From Thermomonas sp. (GTDB taxonomy: Bacteria > Pseudomonadota > Gammaproteobacteria > Xanthomonadales > Xanthomonadaceae), in the NCBI RefSeq assembly GCF_035369645.1, contig NZ_DAOOUM010000001.1, forward strand, positions 21,491 to 85,490: 64,000 bases of DNA, in the 5' to 3' direction. Below are positions 9,284 to 19,340 of the stretch, one piece after another. The stretch's first letter is position 1. Each line of letters starts with the position of its first letter. A program made the position numbers and the translations under genes. The notes beneath the pieces are model-generated. The model searched no databases. It was given only the letters and a program-made list of their open reading frames with translations, and was not told the DNA's origin.

Positions 9284-9313
9284 GTCATGCGCAGACATTC
9301 ATCTGCGCATGAC
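9284..9313. terminator. Hairpin between convergent genes (probable bidirectional terminator)
   Basis: GTCATGCGCAGA-CATTCA-TCTGCGCATGAC, perfect 12-bp stem between stops at 9272 and 9322. Confidence 0.65.
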
Positions 9314-9321
9314 GCGCTAAG

Positions 9322-10257
9322 TCAGCCCAGTGCGTAACCGAACTGCTGGCGGAATTGTTCGGAAAATTCGGCGTAATCAAAGCGCTGGTTCTGGGTGCCG
9401 GGGTGTTCCACTTTGAGTGCGCCCATCAGGTTGCTCAGACGGCCAATGGTCATCCAGTCGTAGCCTTTTTCAATCCCAAAAATCAGTCCGGCACGGAACG
9501 CATCGCCGCAGCCAGTGGGGTCGGTGACGCGGCGTTCGTGTGCCGGCGGCACTTTATGCAACTGGCCATCGGCATGGATCTCCGCACCTTTGGGGCCACG
9601 GGTGACGATGTAGGCCTTGACCTTGTCGGCGATGTCGGTGGCGCTCCAGCCGGTGCGTTCTTGCAGCAGATTGGATTCGTAATCGTTGACGGTGACGTAG
9701 TTGGCTTGCTCAATGAAGGCGCGCAATTCTTCGCCATTGAACAGCGGCATTGCCTGGCCGGGATCGAAAATGAAAGGAATGCCGGCGGCGGCAAATTCCT
9801 TGGCGTTCTGCAGCATGCCTTCGTAGCCATCGGGGCTGACGATGCCGATGCTCACGTTTGGGACGTCGGTGACGTGGTTCTCGTAGCTGCGCATCATCGC
9901 GCCGGGGTGGAAGGCGGTGATCTGGTTGTTGTCCAGATCGGTGGTGATGAAGGCCTGCGGGGTGAACAATTCGTCGATCACCTTGACGTGATCCAGAGAG
10001 ATGTTTTGTTCGGTGAACCAGTCGCGGTAGGGGCCAAAATCGCCACCCACGGTGGCCATCGGGATCGGTTCACCACCCAGCAGCTTTAGGTTATAGGCGA
10101 TATTGCCGGCGCAGCCGCCAAATTCGCGGCGCATCCGGGGTACCAAAAATGACACATTCAGGATGTGTACTTTGTCCGGCAGGATGTGGTTTTTGAACTG
10201 GTCGGGGAACACCATGATGGTGTCATAGGCCAGTGAGCCGCAGATCAGGGCTGCCAT
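9322..10257 (-). CDS. PfkB-family carbohydrate/adenosine kinase
   Basis: ICGSLAYDTIM, FGGCAGNIAY, FIFDPGQ, anion-hole motif DPTGCGDAFRAG. Confidence 0.92.
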   Translation of the reverse strand: MAALICGSLAYDTIMVFPDQFKNHILPDKVHILNVSFLVPRMRREFGGCAGNIAYNLKLLGGEPIPMATVGGDFGPYRDWFTEQNISLDHVKVIDELFTPQAFITTDLDNNQITAFHPGAMMRSYENHVTDVPNVSIGIVSPDGYEGMLQNAKEFAAAGIPFIFDPGQAMPLFNGEELRAFIEQANYVTVNDYESNLLQERTGWSATDIADKVKAYIVTRGPKGAEIHADGQLHKVPPAHERRVTDPTGCGDAFRAGLIFGIEKGYDWMTIGRLSNLMGALKVEHPGTQNQRFDYAEFSEQFRQQFGYALG

Positions 10258-10296
10258 GGATGCCTCGGGCAAGTTTGGTCACAAGGCCGCACATGA

Positions 10297-11523
<1,227 letters not shown>

Positions 11524-11623
11524 GCTGGTGTGTGTGGGTGCGCGCATCTTTGCGCGTGCCAGCTTGCCCGCGTCGGTGGGCGGATGTTCCACTTCTACTG
11601 CTGCCCTCACTGACGCTGCCACC

Positions 11624-12559
11624 GTGCCCACACCTGCCAGTTCCCCCGCTGCCCGCCCCGGTGAAGTTGCCGGCGTGTTGCGGTTGCTGGCGTTTTTGAT
11701 TTTATCCACCATGTTGATGGTGCTAGATCACCGCGGCGGTTGGCTGCGCACGCTACGCACCCAGGCCGAGGCGGTGGTGCAGCCATTGTGGTGGCTGGCC
11801 GGGCAGCCGGCGCGCATTGGCACCAGTCTGCGCGAAAACGCGGTGACCCACGCGCAATTGGCAGATGACAATGCGCGGCTGCGGCAAGCCCTGCTCCTAA
11901 CCGAAGCACGCAATGCGCGGCTACGCACGGCCGCTGCCGAAAACGCCAGATTGCGCGGTCTGTTGGACAGTGCCGAACGTGCACGTTTGGATGTGCAGTT
12001 GGCCGGGGTGCTGGATCTGGATCTAGACCCCACCCGCCAGCGCTTGATCTTGGATGCGGGCAGCAATAGCGGGGTGCGGCTGGGACAAACCGTGATCGAT
12101 GCTGGCGGCTTGATGGGACAGGTGATTGCATTGACCCCCACCACCGCCACCGTGCTGTTGCTGACCGATCCTGACCATGCGGTGCCGGTGATGGTGGCGC
12201 GCACCGGTGTCCGCCTGATGGTGTATGGCACCGGCCGTAGCGATGCACTGCAATTGGCGGATGTGCCGCTATCGGCAGATGTGCGCACGGGCGATGTCTT
12301 GCTGACCTCGGGTTTGGGTGGTCGCTTCCCGCAGGGGTTTGCTGTCGGCACGGTGGCGGCATTGCGCGCGGATGACAGCCGCGCGTTCCTCAAGGCCGAT
12401 GTCCGGCCTGCCGCGCAATTGGATCGTGGCCGTGATGTATTGCTACTGCGTGGTTACAAGCCGGCGCAAGTGCCTGCCGCAGCGGCCGCCAAACCGGCGG
12501 CAACGGCCACCAAGCCCACGGCGGGCAGCGCGCCGGTGCGCACCGGGGGGCAGCCATGA
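11624..12559 (+). CDS. mreC: Rod shape-determining protein MreC
   Basis: N-terminal TM segment, coiled coil (ENARLRGLL), LDAGSNSGV, GDVLLTSGLGGRFPQG; position after mreB. GTG start inferred. Confidence 0.93.
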   Translation: MPTPASSPAARPGEVAGVLRLLAFLILSTMLMVLDHRGGWLRTLRTQAEAVVQPLWWLAGQPARIGTSLRENAVTHAQLADDNARLRQALLLTEARNARLRTAAAENARLRGLLDSAERARLDVQLAGVLDLDLDPTRQRLILDAGSNSGVRLGQTVIDAGGLMGQVIALTPTTATVLLLTDPDHAVPVMVARTGVRLMVYGTGRSDALQLADVPLSADVRTGDVLLTSGLGGRFPQGFAVGTVAALRADDSRAFLKADVRPAAQLDRGRDVLLLRGYKPAQVPAAAAAKPAATATKPTAGSAPVRTGGQP

Positions 12560-13032
12560 GCCGCCCACGCAATGGCTGGGTGCTACCGGTCAGCTTGTTG
12601 CTGGCGTTACTGCTGGGGATGGTGCCATTGCCTGATGGCGTGCAGCCGTTGCGGCCGTATTGGCTGGCGTTGGTGCTGGCCTACTGGTTGATTGAAATAC
12701 CAGAGCGGGTGGGTCTGGGCGTGGCATTTTGCGTGGGTGTCGTGGCCGATCTGGCCTATGGCGGCTTGCTGGGTGAACAGGCGCTGCGGCTGGTGGTACT
12801 GGCGTTTATTCTGGATCGCTTCCGTGCACGCCTGCGGTTCTTCCCGATGTCGCAGCAGGCGTTGACGCTGGGCGTGTTGTTGCTCAACGACCGCGTGATC
12901 AGCAGCGTGATTCATGTCGTGATGGGCGTGCCACAGCCACCGGCCACCTATTGGCTGGCACCGTTGCTGGGCATGCTGTTATGGCCGCCGTTACACCTGC
13001 TGCTTGATCACCTGCGCTTGCGCCGGCAATGA
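12556..13032 (+). CDS. mreD: Rod shape-determining protein MreD
   Basis: RPYWLALVLAYW...PERVGLGVAF, polytopic membrane protein; overlaps the mreC stop. Confidence 0.93.
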   Translation: MSRPRNGWVLPVSLLLALLLGMVPLPDGVQPLRPYWLALVLAYWLIEIPERVGLGVAFCVGVVADLAYGGLLGEQALRLVVLAFILDRFRARLRFFPMSQQALTLGVLLLNDRVISSVIHVVMGVPQPPATYWLAPLLGMLLWPPLHLLLDHLRLRRQ

Positions 13033-14987
13033 TTCGCCGCGCTCGCCCCATCAAAGACCATGCGGCCGAAGCCAGCCAGTTTCGCTGGCGTGCACTGATT
13101 GGGTTTTTTGCCGCTTTTGCCGGGCTGGCCGGGTTGGCGGCTTGGTATTTCAATATGCAGGTGGTGCAGCATGACTTGTATGCCACCCGTTCGGAAAACA
13201 ACCGCCTGCGGCTGGTGCCGGTTGCGCCGGCACGCGGTCTGATTTACGACCGCAAGGGTCGCATCTTGGCCGACAACGTGGCCACGTGGCGGTTGGATGC
13301 GGTGCCAGAACGGGCTGGCGATGGGGTGGCCTTGCTGCGCAGCTTGCAAGGTGTGGTGGCGCTGGATGCCGAGCAGCAGACACGGTTTTTGAAGGAATAC
13401 AAGGCGGCGCGCCCGTTCAAACCGGTCAGCTTGAAATTGCGTATCGACGATGATGAGGCGGCGCGGTTTGCGGTCAATCGCTGGCGGTTTCCCGGGGTGG
13501 ATTTGGTGCCGTATCTGGGCCGGGTGTACCCGTATGGGGCTTTGTTTTCGCATGTGGTGGGGTATGTGGGCCGCGCCGATGAAAAGGATCTGGCGGCGTT
13601 GGGTGATGCCGGTGGGGCTTATAGCCATGTGGGCAAATCCGGGTTGGAGCGGTATTACGAAACCCAGTTGCGCGGCAAGCCCGGCTACCGGCGGCTGGAA
13701 ACCAATGTCGCCGGACGCACTGTGCGCAGTTTGGACACGGTGCCAGCCACCCCGGGCACCGATCTACGGCTATCGATTGACGCCGACTTGCAGCAGGCAA
13801 TGACCGATGCCTTTGGTGAACTGGAAGGCTCGGCGGTGGCGGTGGATCCGCGCACGGGCGAGATTTTGGCGATGGTCAGTCTGCCCACCTTCGACCCCAA
13901 TTTATTCGTCAATGGCATCAGTCACGCTGATTTCGAGGCCCTCAACAGCAATCCGTCGCGACCGCAGTTCAACCGGGTGGTATTGGGGGGCGTGGCCCCC
14001 GGGTCCACCGTTAAGCCCCTGCTGGGATTGGCGGGGCTGGACAGTGGTTTGCGTCGCCCCGAAGACAAGATTTTGTCCACCGGCATGTTCTACTTGCCTG
14101 GGCAAAAACGCGGCTATGGCGACTCGCATCGTGGCGGCCACGGCTGGACCGATTTGCGCAAGTCGATCTACGACTCGGTCAACACCTACTACTACAAGCT
14201 GGCGTTGGACATGGGCATCGCCCGTGTGGACGAATACCTTGGCCGCTACGGCTTCGGTCGGCCCACTGGGGTGGATTTGGCAGGCGAAATCGGTGGCATC
14301 TTGCCCTCGCCGGAATGGAAGGCCAAGAACGCGGCCAAGCAAGGCAAGTGGTACCCCGGTGACACCGTGATCACCGGGATCGGCCAAGGCTTCTGGAAAG
14401 TCACGCCCTTGCAATTGGTGCAGGCCACCGGTGGGCTGGCCAGCGGGTGGCTGCGGCCGCCGCATCTGGTCAAAGACATGCGTGCCGATTTCGATGCGCC
14501 GTGGCAACCGGTACCGCTGAAACCGGCGGTGCGCATCACCGAAAATCCGGCCCATTTGCAAGCCGTGCGCGAGGGCATGATCGGCACCGTGCATGGCCCC
14601 GGCACTGCCACCAATATTCGCCCTGGCTTGACCTATCTGATCGCCGGCAAGACCGGCACCGCGCAAGTGGTCAGCCGCCGTGGCGATGCCGCGATCAATC
14701 CGCGCAACTTGCCCATGCACTTACGCCACCGCGCGCTGTTCATCGCGTTCGCGCCGGCAGACGCACCCACCATTGCGATTGCGGTGGCGATCGAGGGCGG
14801 TGGCTACGGCGCGGCCACCGCTGCACCCATCGCCCGCAAAGTGTTTGATGCGTGGCTGCTGGGCAAAAAGCCCGCGCCGGCAACGCCAGACACCGGCGTG
14901 CTACCGACACTGCTAGCCCCCAATTTTTCCAATGTCCGCGGTAGCCCCGATGCATCGCCGCTGCCTGCCAAGGCCCCCGCCCGATGA
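13029..14987 (+). CDS. mrdA: Penicillin-binding protein 2
   Basis: PARGLIYDRKG, GKSGLERYYE, SxxK (PGSTVKP), SxN (SVNTYYY), KTG (AGKTGTAQ). Confidence 0.96.
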   Translation: MIRRARPIKDHAAEASQFRWRALIGFFAAFAGLAGLAAWYFNMQVVQHDLYATRSENNRLRLVPVAPARGLIYDRKGRILADNVATWRLDAVPERAGDGVALLRSLQGVVALDAEQQTRFLKEYKAARPFKPVSLKLRIDDDEAARFAVNRWRFPGVDLVPYLGRVYPYGALFSHVVGYVGRADEKDLAALGDAGGAYSHVGKSGLERYYETQLRGKPGYRRLETNVAGRTVRSLDTVPATPGTDLRLSIDADLQQAMTDAFGELEGSAVAVDPRTGEILAMVSLPTFDPNLFVNGISHADFEALNSNPSRPQFNRVVLGGVAPGSTVKPLLGLAGLDSGLRRPEDKILSTGMFYLPGQKRGYGDSHRGGHGWTDLRKSIYDSVNTYYYKLALDMGIARVDEYLGRYGFGRPTGVDLAGEIGGILPSPEWKAKNAAKQGKWYPGDTVITGIGQGFWKVTPLQLVQATGGLASGWLRPPHLVKDMRADFDAPWQPVPLKPAVRITENPAHLQAVREGMIGTVHGPGTATNIRPGLTYLIAGKTGTAQVVSRRGDAAINPRNLPMHLRHRALFIAFAPADAPTIAIAVAIEGGGYGAATAAPIARKVFDAWLLGKKPAPATPDTGVLPTLLAPNFSNVRGSPDASPLPAKAPAR

Positions 14988-16111
14988 AATTTTTGCTGCG
15001 CTGGCTGCTGGATTTGCTGCTGCGTTTTACCCGCAGCCTAGACCTGCCGATGTTGACGGCAATACTGGTGCTGATGGTCATTGGCCTGATGACCCAATAC
15101 AGCGCCAGCAATGAATCGGTGCGTGGTGTGGTGATGCAGGGCAGTTTCTACGTGGTGGGCTTGGGTGCATTGTGGGTTACATCCAGAATCCCGATGCACT
15201 TGCTGAAACAGGCCACGCCGGCCTTGTTTGTGCTCTCGCTGGTGCCGATGGTGCTGGTGTTGTTCATTGGCGGCGGCAAATACGGCAATCATTGGATCAA
15301 GCTGGGGTTTTTCAATGTGCAGCCAGCCGAGTTGTGCAAGCTCAGCCTGCCGATGATGCTGGCGTGGCATTTTGATCGTTACCGCCTGCCGCCGCGCTTT
15401 TTGGTGTTACTGGGTGGGGTGGCGATCATTGCGTTGCCGGTGGGCTTGACCCTGCTGCAACGTGACTTGGGCACAGCGGTATTGATTCTGGCTACCGGCG
15501 TATTTGTGCTGTTTCTGGCCGGTACCTCGTGGTGGTGGTGGGGCGCTGCGGGCGTTCTCGGTGGCGGCGGCTTTGCGCTTGCCAAACTGGCGCCGATCGA
15601 ATGGCTATCGTTCCTGCGGCCCTATCAGCAAGACCGTATTTTGACCTTCCGCAATCCTGACAATGACCCGATGGGCGCGGGCTGGAACATCTTGCAATCG
15701 CAAATCGCTATTGGCGGTGGCGGTATGACCGGCAAAGGCTGGGGTCAGGGCACCCAATCGCATTTGAACTACCTGCCCGAGCACACCACCGACTTTGCGT
15801 TCTCCGTACTGTCGGAAGACTTCGGTTGGGTTGGGGTAATGGTGGCGCTATTGTTGTATTTGTTTTTGATCGGACGCTGTCTGTGGGTTGCCGCCGATTC
15901 GCGCGATGGCTATGCGCGCTTGCTGGCGGGGGCGATTGGCTTGTCGCTGTTTGTGTATGTCTTGGTCAACGGCGGCATGATTTCTGGCTTGCTCCCCGTG
16001 GTTGGCGTGCCAATGCCGCTGCTCAGTTACGGTGGCACCTCGGCGGTCACCATCTTGCTGGGCTTTGGGGTGGTGATGGCGCTGCGCACGCACCGGCCTG
16101 TGCACCGTTAG
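14984..16111 (+). CDS. rodA: Rod shape-determining SEDS protein RodA
   Basis: VQPAELCKL, DLGTA, GAGWNILQSQIAIGGGG, LPEHTTDFAFSVLSEDFG, PLLSYGGTS. Confidence 0.96.
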   Translation: MKFLLRWLLDLLLRFTRSLDLPMLTAILVLMVIGLMTQYSASNESVRGVVMQGSFYVVGLGALWVTSRIPMHLLKQATPALFVLSLVPMVLVLFIGGGKYGNHWIKLGFFNVQPAELCKLSLPMMLAWHFDRYRLPPRFLVLLGGVAIIALPVGLTLLQRDLGTAVLILATGVFVLFLAGTSWWWWGAAGVLGGGGFALAKLAPIEWLSFLRPYQQDRILTFRNPDNDPMGAGWNILQSQIAIGGGGMTGKGWGQGTQSHLNYLPEHTTDFAFSVLSEDFGWVGVMVALLLYLFLIGRCLWVAADSRDGYARLLAGAIGLSLFVYVLVNGGMISGLLPVVGVPMPLLSYGGTSAVTILLGFGVVMALRTHRPVHR

Positions 16112-17067
16112 GGGAATGCTGGCGCCATCAGCGCGGCCACCGCCACGGCCACGTCGCGTGGGTGCTCCACCAGCGACATATGCCCACAGTCCTCCAACAA
16201 CACTTGCTGCGCCTGCGGGATGCGGGCGGCATAAAGTGCCATTGCACTGGGGTCGATGATGGCATCTTGACGGCCCCATAACAGCAGGGTGGGTTGCCCA
16301 ATGGCGGTAGCCGCATCACCCGGCAGCATGGCGTCATCGCTGCGACCAATGCTGTCCAGCACCGATTGCTCGAACGCGGCATCGCGGCGACGCTGTGCGA
16401 TCAACGCGCGGGATGCTGGCCACGGGATCCAGGGTTTGGCTTGATCGCGATGAAACACAGCGTTGACATAGCGCTGCAACGACGCCGTATCGGTGACTGC
16501 AAATGGGTTCTCACCGGCCAGTACCGCCAGGCCGAATGCGTTGTCGGCAAAACGCACACCCGCAGCATTGAGCAAGCCCACGCGCGCGATCAACTGCGGA
16601 TAGCGCGCGGCAGCCAGTGCAGCGATGCCGCCGCCCATCGAATGCCCCAACAGCACCACCGGCCGCTCCGGTGATAGGGTTTGAATCAGTGCGGCCACGT
16701 GCGCGGCTTGTTCGACAAAGCCATAGGCCTGCCCGGGTTTGCGTTCGCTTTCACCCCAGCCCGGCAGGTCGGGAATCAGCAGGCGATGTTGCGGCGCCAA
16801 TGCCCGCACCAAGGGGTACCAATTTTCCTTGCTCCCGGTGTAGCCATGCAGCATGACGATGGTCGCCGCATCTGCGCTGCTGGCATCGCGGCAAGCCAGC
16901 ACCCAGCGATGCCCTGCGGCATCGAGGGTGCAGCGTTGCAAGCCAGCAGCATGGCGCTGACGGTTGAATTCCGCGCGGATCAATGCATCGCGCTGCCGCC
17001 ACAGCGCGAGGGTGGCCATGGCCACCACCGCGCCGAGGACAAGCATGCCGATAGCGAGAGTCGGCAT
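16108..17067 (-). CDS. Alpha/beta-fold hydrolase (lipase/esterase-like) with N-terminal anchor
   Basis: MLHGYTGSKENW, PDLPGWGES, nucleophile elbow GHSMGG, EDCGHMSLVE. Confidence 0.9.
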   Translation of the reverse strand: MPTLAIGMLVLGAVVAMATLALWRQRDALIRAEFNRQRHAAGLQRCTLDAAGHRWVLACRDASSADAATIVMLHGYTGSKENWYPLVRALAPQHRLLIPDLPGWGESERKPGQAYGFVEQAAHVAALIQTLSPERPVVLLGHSMGGGIAALAAARYPQLIARVGLLNAAGVRFADNAFGLAVLAGENPFAVTDTASLQRYVNAVFHRDQAKPWIPWPASRALIAQRRRDAAFEQSVLDSIGRSDDAMLPGDAATAIGQPTLLLWGRQDAIIDPSAMALYAARIPQAQQVLLEDCGHMSLVEHPRDVAVAVAALMAPAFP

Positions 17068-17080
17068 CGTGCGCCTGCGC

Positions 17081-19129
17081 TTACTTGCTGGCGGGTGCCG
17101 GGTGCGCCGGCGGTCTGGCCGGGTCTTCTACCAGTGGGGCTTTGAGCGGGCCGCCAACCACGCGGGGTTGGCTGGCAGTCGGGGCCGGAGCTGGTGTCGA
17201 GGGCTTGCCCTTGGCGGCATCCAAAATCGCCTGCACCGAGCCGGCCGTGATCGGGTGTGAACTGGGTTTGGCCTTGGCAAACGCCGCCTCGGCAAACGCC
17301 AGCCCGTCCGGGGTGGCCACCAGTGCCTTGTAGATCGGCAGAATCAATTTGCGCCGGCCCACACGCTCGATGAACTTGCCCATTTCTTCGCGCGCGGCGG
17401 TATAGCCACTGCGTTCTGCCAGCGGGTACCAGCGCATCGCGATTTCGCCGTTGGGTGTGCCGGTAAAGTGATAGGCCGCATCCAGCTGGGTGAGTTGCGC
17501 AGGCTTGAGTGTGGCCGGCATGGACTCTAGGAAGTGCACCCATTCCTGTGTGCTCCAAGCTTCCGTCACGGCTTTATTGGGTAGCTGCTCACTGCCTTGC
17601 CACGCGATACGCGCGGCATTCACGGTGGCAAATTTGCCTGACTCCACTTTCGGCGCATCGGCAGGAATGCCTGGCGCGTACAGCCACTGATCCACTTCCT
17701 GCATGCTGACGATGTTGGGATGCTTGTCGATCAAATTGGTTTTCAGGTAATCACGGAACTGCTGGGTGGTGATGCTCTGAAATGAGAAATGATCGAAGTA
17801 ACTTTTCAGCCACGGGTCGAAGACATCACGGCCAAAGCGTTTTTCCAGAAATTGCAGGAACCACGCCCCTTTCACATACACGGTGGCGCTGGATTGGTCA
17901 TCCGGATCGGCCAAGGTGCCAGGCTTGAGCGAAAGCCGCTGCAATTTGGGGTCGAGGGTTTTGAATTCTTGCTTGAGCTCATCGCGGTCGATCACTTCTT
18001 CCATGTCGGCCATGTCGCGGCCATACAAGGCTTCGGTGATGCGGCTTTGCACATAGGTAGTGGTGCCTTCGTTGAGCCAGCTGTCCTTGTCGGTAGCAAA
18101 GGTCACCAGATTGCCCGACCAGCTATGCGCCAACTCGTGCGCCACCAGCGACACCAAGGATTTATCGCCCACGATTACAGTGGGCGTGGCGAAGGTCAGG
18201 CGCGGGTTTTCCATGCCGCCGTACGGGAAGGTGGGGGGCAGCACCAGCAAGTCATAGCGGCCCCAGCGATACGGCCCGTATAGGCCTTCCGCGGTGGTGA
18301 TCATTTTTTCGGTGTCTTCAAACTCGTGCTCGGCCTTGTTCACCATGGTGGGTTCTGCCCACACGCCGCTGCGTGCGGAGATCGGCTTGAACACCAAATC
18401 ACCAGCGGCAATCGCCAGCAAATACGACGGGATTTTTTGCGGCATCTTGAAGCTGTAATCGCCATCACGCACCGCATTCGGGTCGTTGTCCGCGCTCATC
18501 AACACCATCGCGTCTTTCGGCGCGGTGACGTGCGCGCTGTAAGTGAAACGTACCTGCGGGGTGTCTTGCAGCGGCACCCACGAACGCGCATGGATTTGTT
18601 GCGACTGGCTGAACATGAAGGGCTGTTTGCCACCCTCGGTCATCGAGGGTGCCAGCCATTGCAGGCCGGAGGCCTCAGGTGATGTGACGTAGCTGACGCG
18701 CACCTTGGCCGGGCGCGTGGGGGTTTCGATGGTCAGTGCGCTGCCCAACACTTTGTCCTTATCGGAGAGCGCAAATTTCAATTCCGACCAAGTGCCGTCG
18801 GCGGCTAAGCCCTCGGCCTTGCTGATGGTCAAGTCGCGCGTGTCCAGCACCAATTGAGTGGCGGCTTTATCCACCCAGTTCAGGGTGTAGGTGGCCGAGC
18901 CACTTAAGGTTTTGGCGTCGAAATTCACCGCCAAATCCAGCGCGATGTCAGTAATACGCACCTTGTCTGGTTGCGCGTAGGAGTGTTCGTCCACGATTTT
19001 CTCCGCAGTGGCCTTGGCGGATGCGGGATGGGCTTGATTGGCCACAGGTGCGGCTTGGTTGCCTTGGCAGCCGCTGGCAAGCACGCCAAGCGCGGCGGCG
19101 ATGGAGACACTCAGAAGTAACTGGCGCAT
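17081..19129 (-). CDS. M1 family zinc aminopeptidase (leukotriene A4 hydrolase-like), lipoprotein
   Basis: Lipobox LASG-C, GGMENP exopeptidase motif, HELAHSW...WLNEG zinc motif; Pro/Ala-rich tail. Confidence 0.93.
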   Translation of the reverse strand: MRQLLLSVSIAAALGVLASGCQGNQAAPVANQAHPASAKATAEKIVDEHSYAQPDKVRITDIALDLAVNFDAKTLSGSATYTLNWVDKAATQLVLDTRDLTISKAEGLAADGTWSELKFALSDKDKVLGSALTIETPTRPAKVRVSYVTSPEASGLQWLAPSMTEGGKQPFMFSQSQQIHARSWVPLQDTPQVRFTYSAHVTAPKDAMVLMSADNDPNAVRDGDYSFKMPQKIPSYLLAIAAGDLVFKPISARSGVWAEPTMVNKAEHEFEDTEKMITTAEGLYGPYRWGRYDLLVLPPTFPYGGMENPRLTFATPTVIVGDKSLVSLVAHELAHSWSGNLVTFATDKDSWLNEGTTTYVQSRITEALYGRDMADMEEVIDRDELKQEFKTLDPKLQRLSLKPGTLADPDDQSSATVYVKGAWFLQFLEKRFGRDVFDPWLKSYFDHFSFQSITTQQFRDYLKTNLIDKHPNIVSMQEVDQWLYAPGIPADAPKVESGKFATVNAARIAWQGSEQLPNKAVTEAWSTQEWVHFLESMPATLKPAQLTQLDAAYHFTGTPNGEIAMRWYPLAERSGYTAAREEMGKFIERVGRRKLILPIYKALVATPDGLAFAEAAFAKAKPSSHPITAGSVQAILDAAKGKPSTPAPAPTASQPRVVGGPLKAPLVEDPARPPAHPAPASK

Positions 19130-19340
19130 GGACACGATCCGGTGGCAGAAAAGTGGAGTTTATCGCCGCCGGCGGGTGTTCGTCGCATGCCGCGTGCGGC
19201 CACGGGCGGATACACCCAGCATTGCGCACAGTTGTGCAGCAGCACATGCCCCTGCCATCAGTCATGGCAACGCTTTGGTTGCAGCTTGCATCCGATGTTG
19301 CATTGCTGCCGCGTTACCCACGCAGACTTGGAGAATTCGC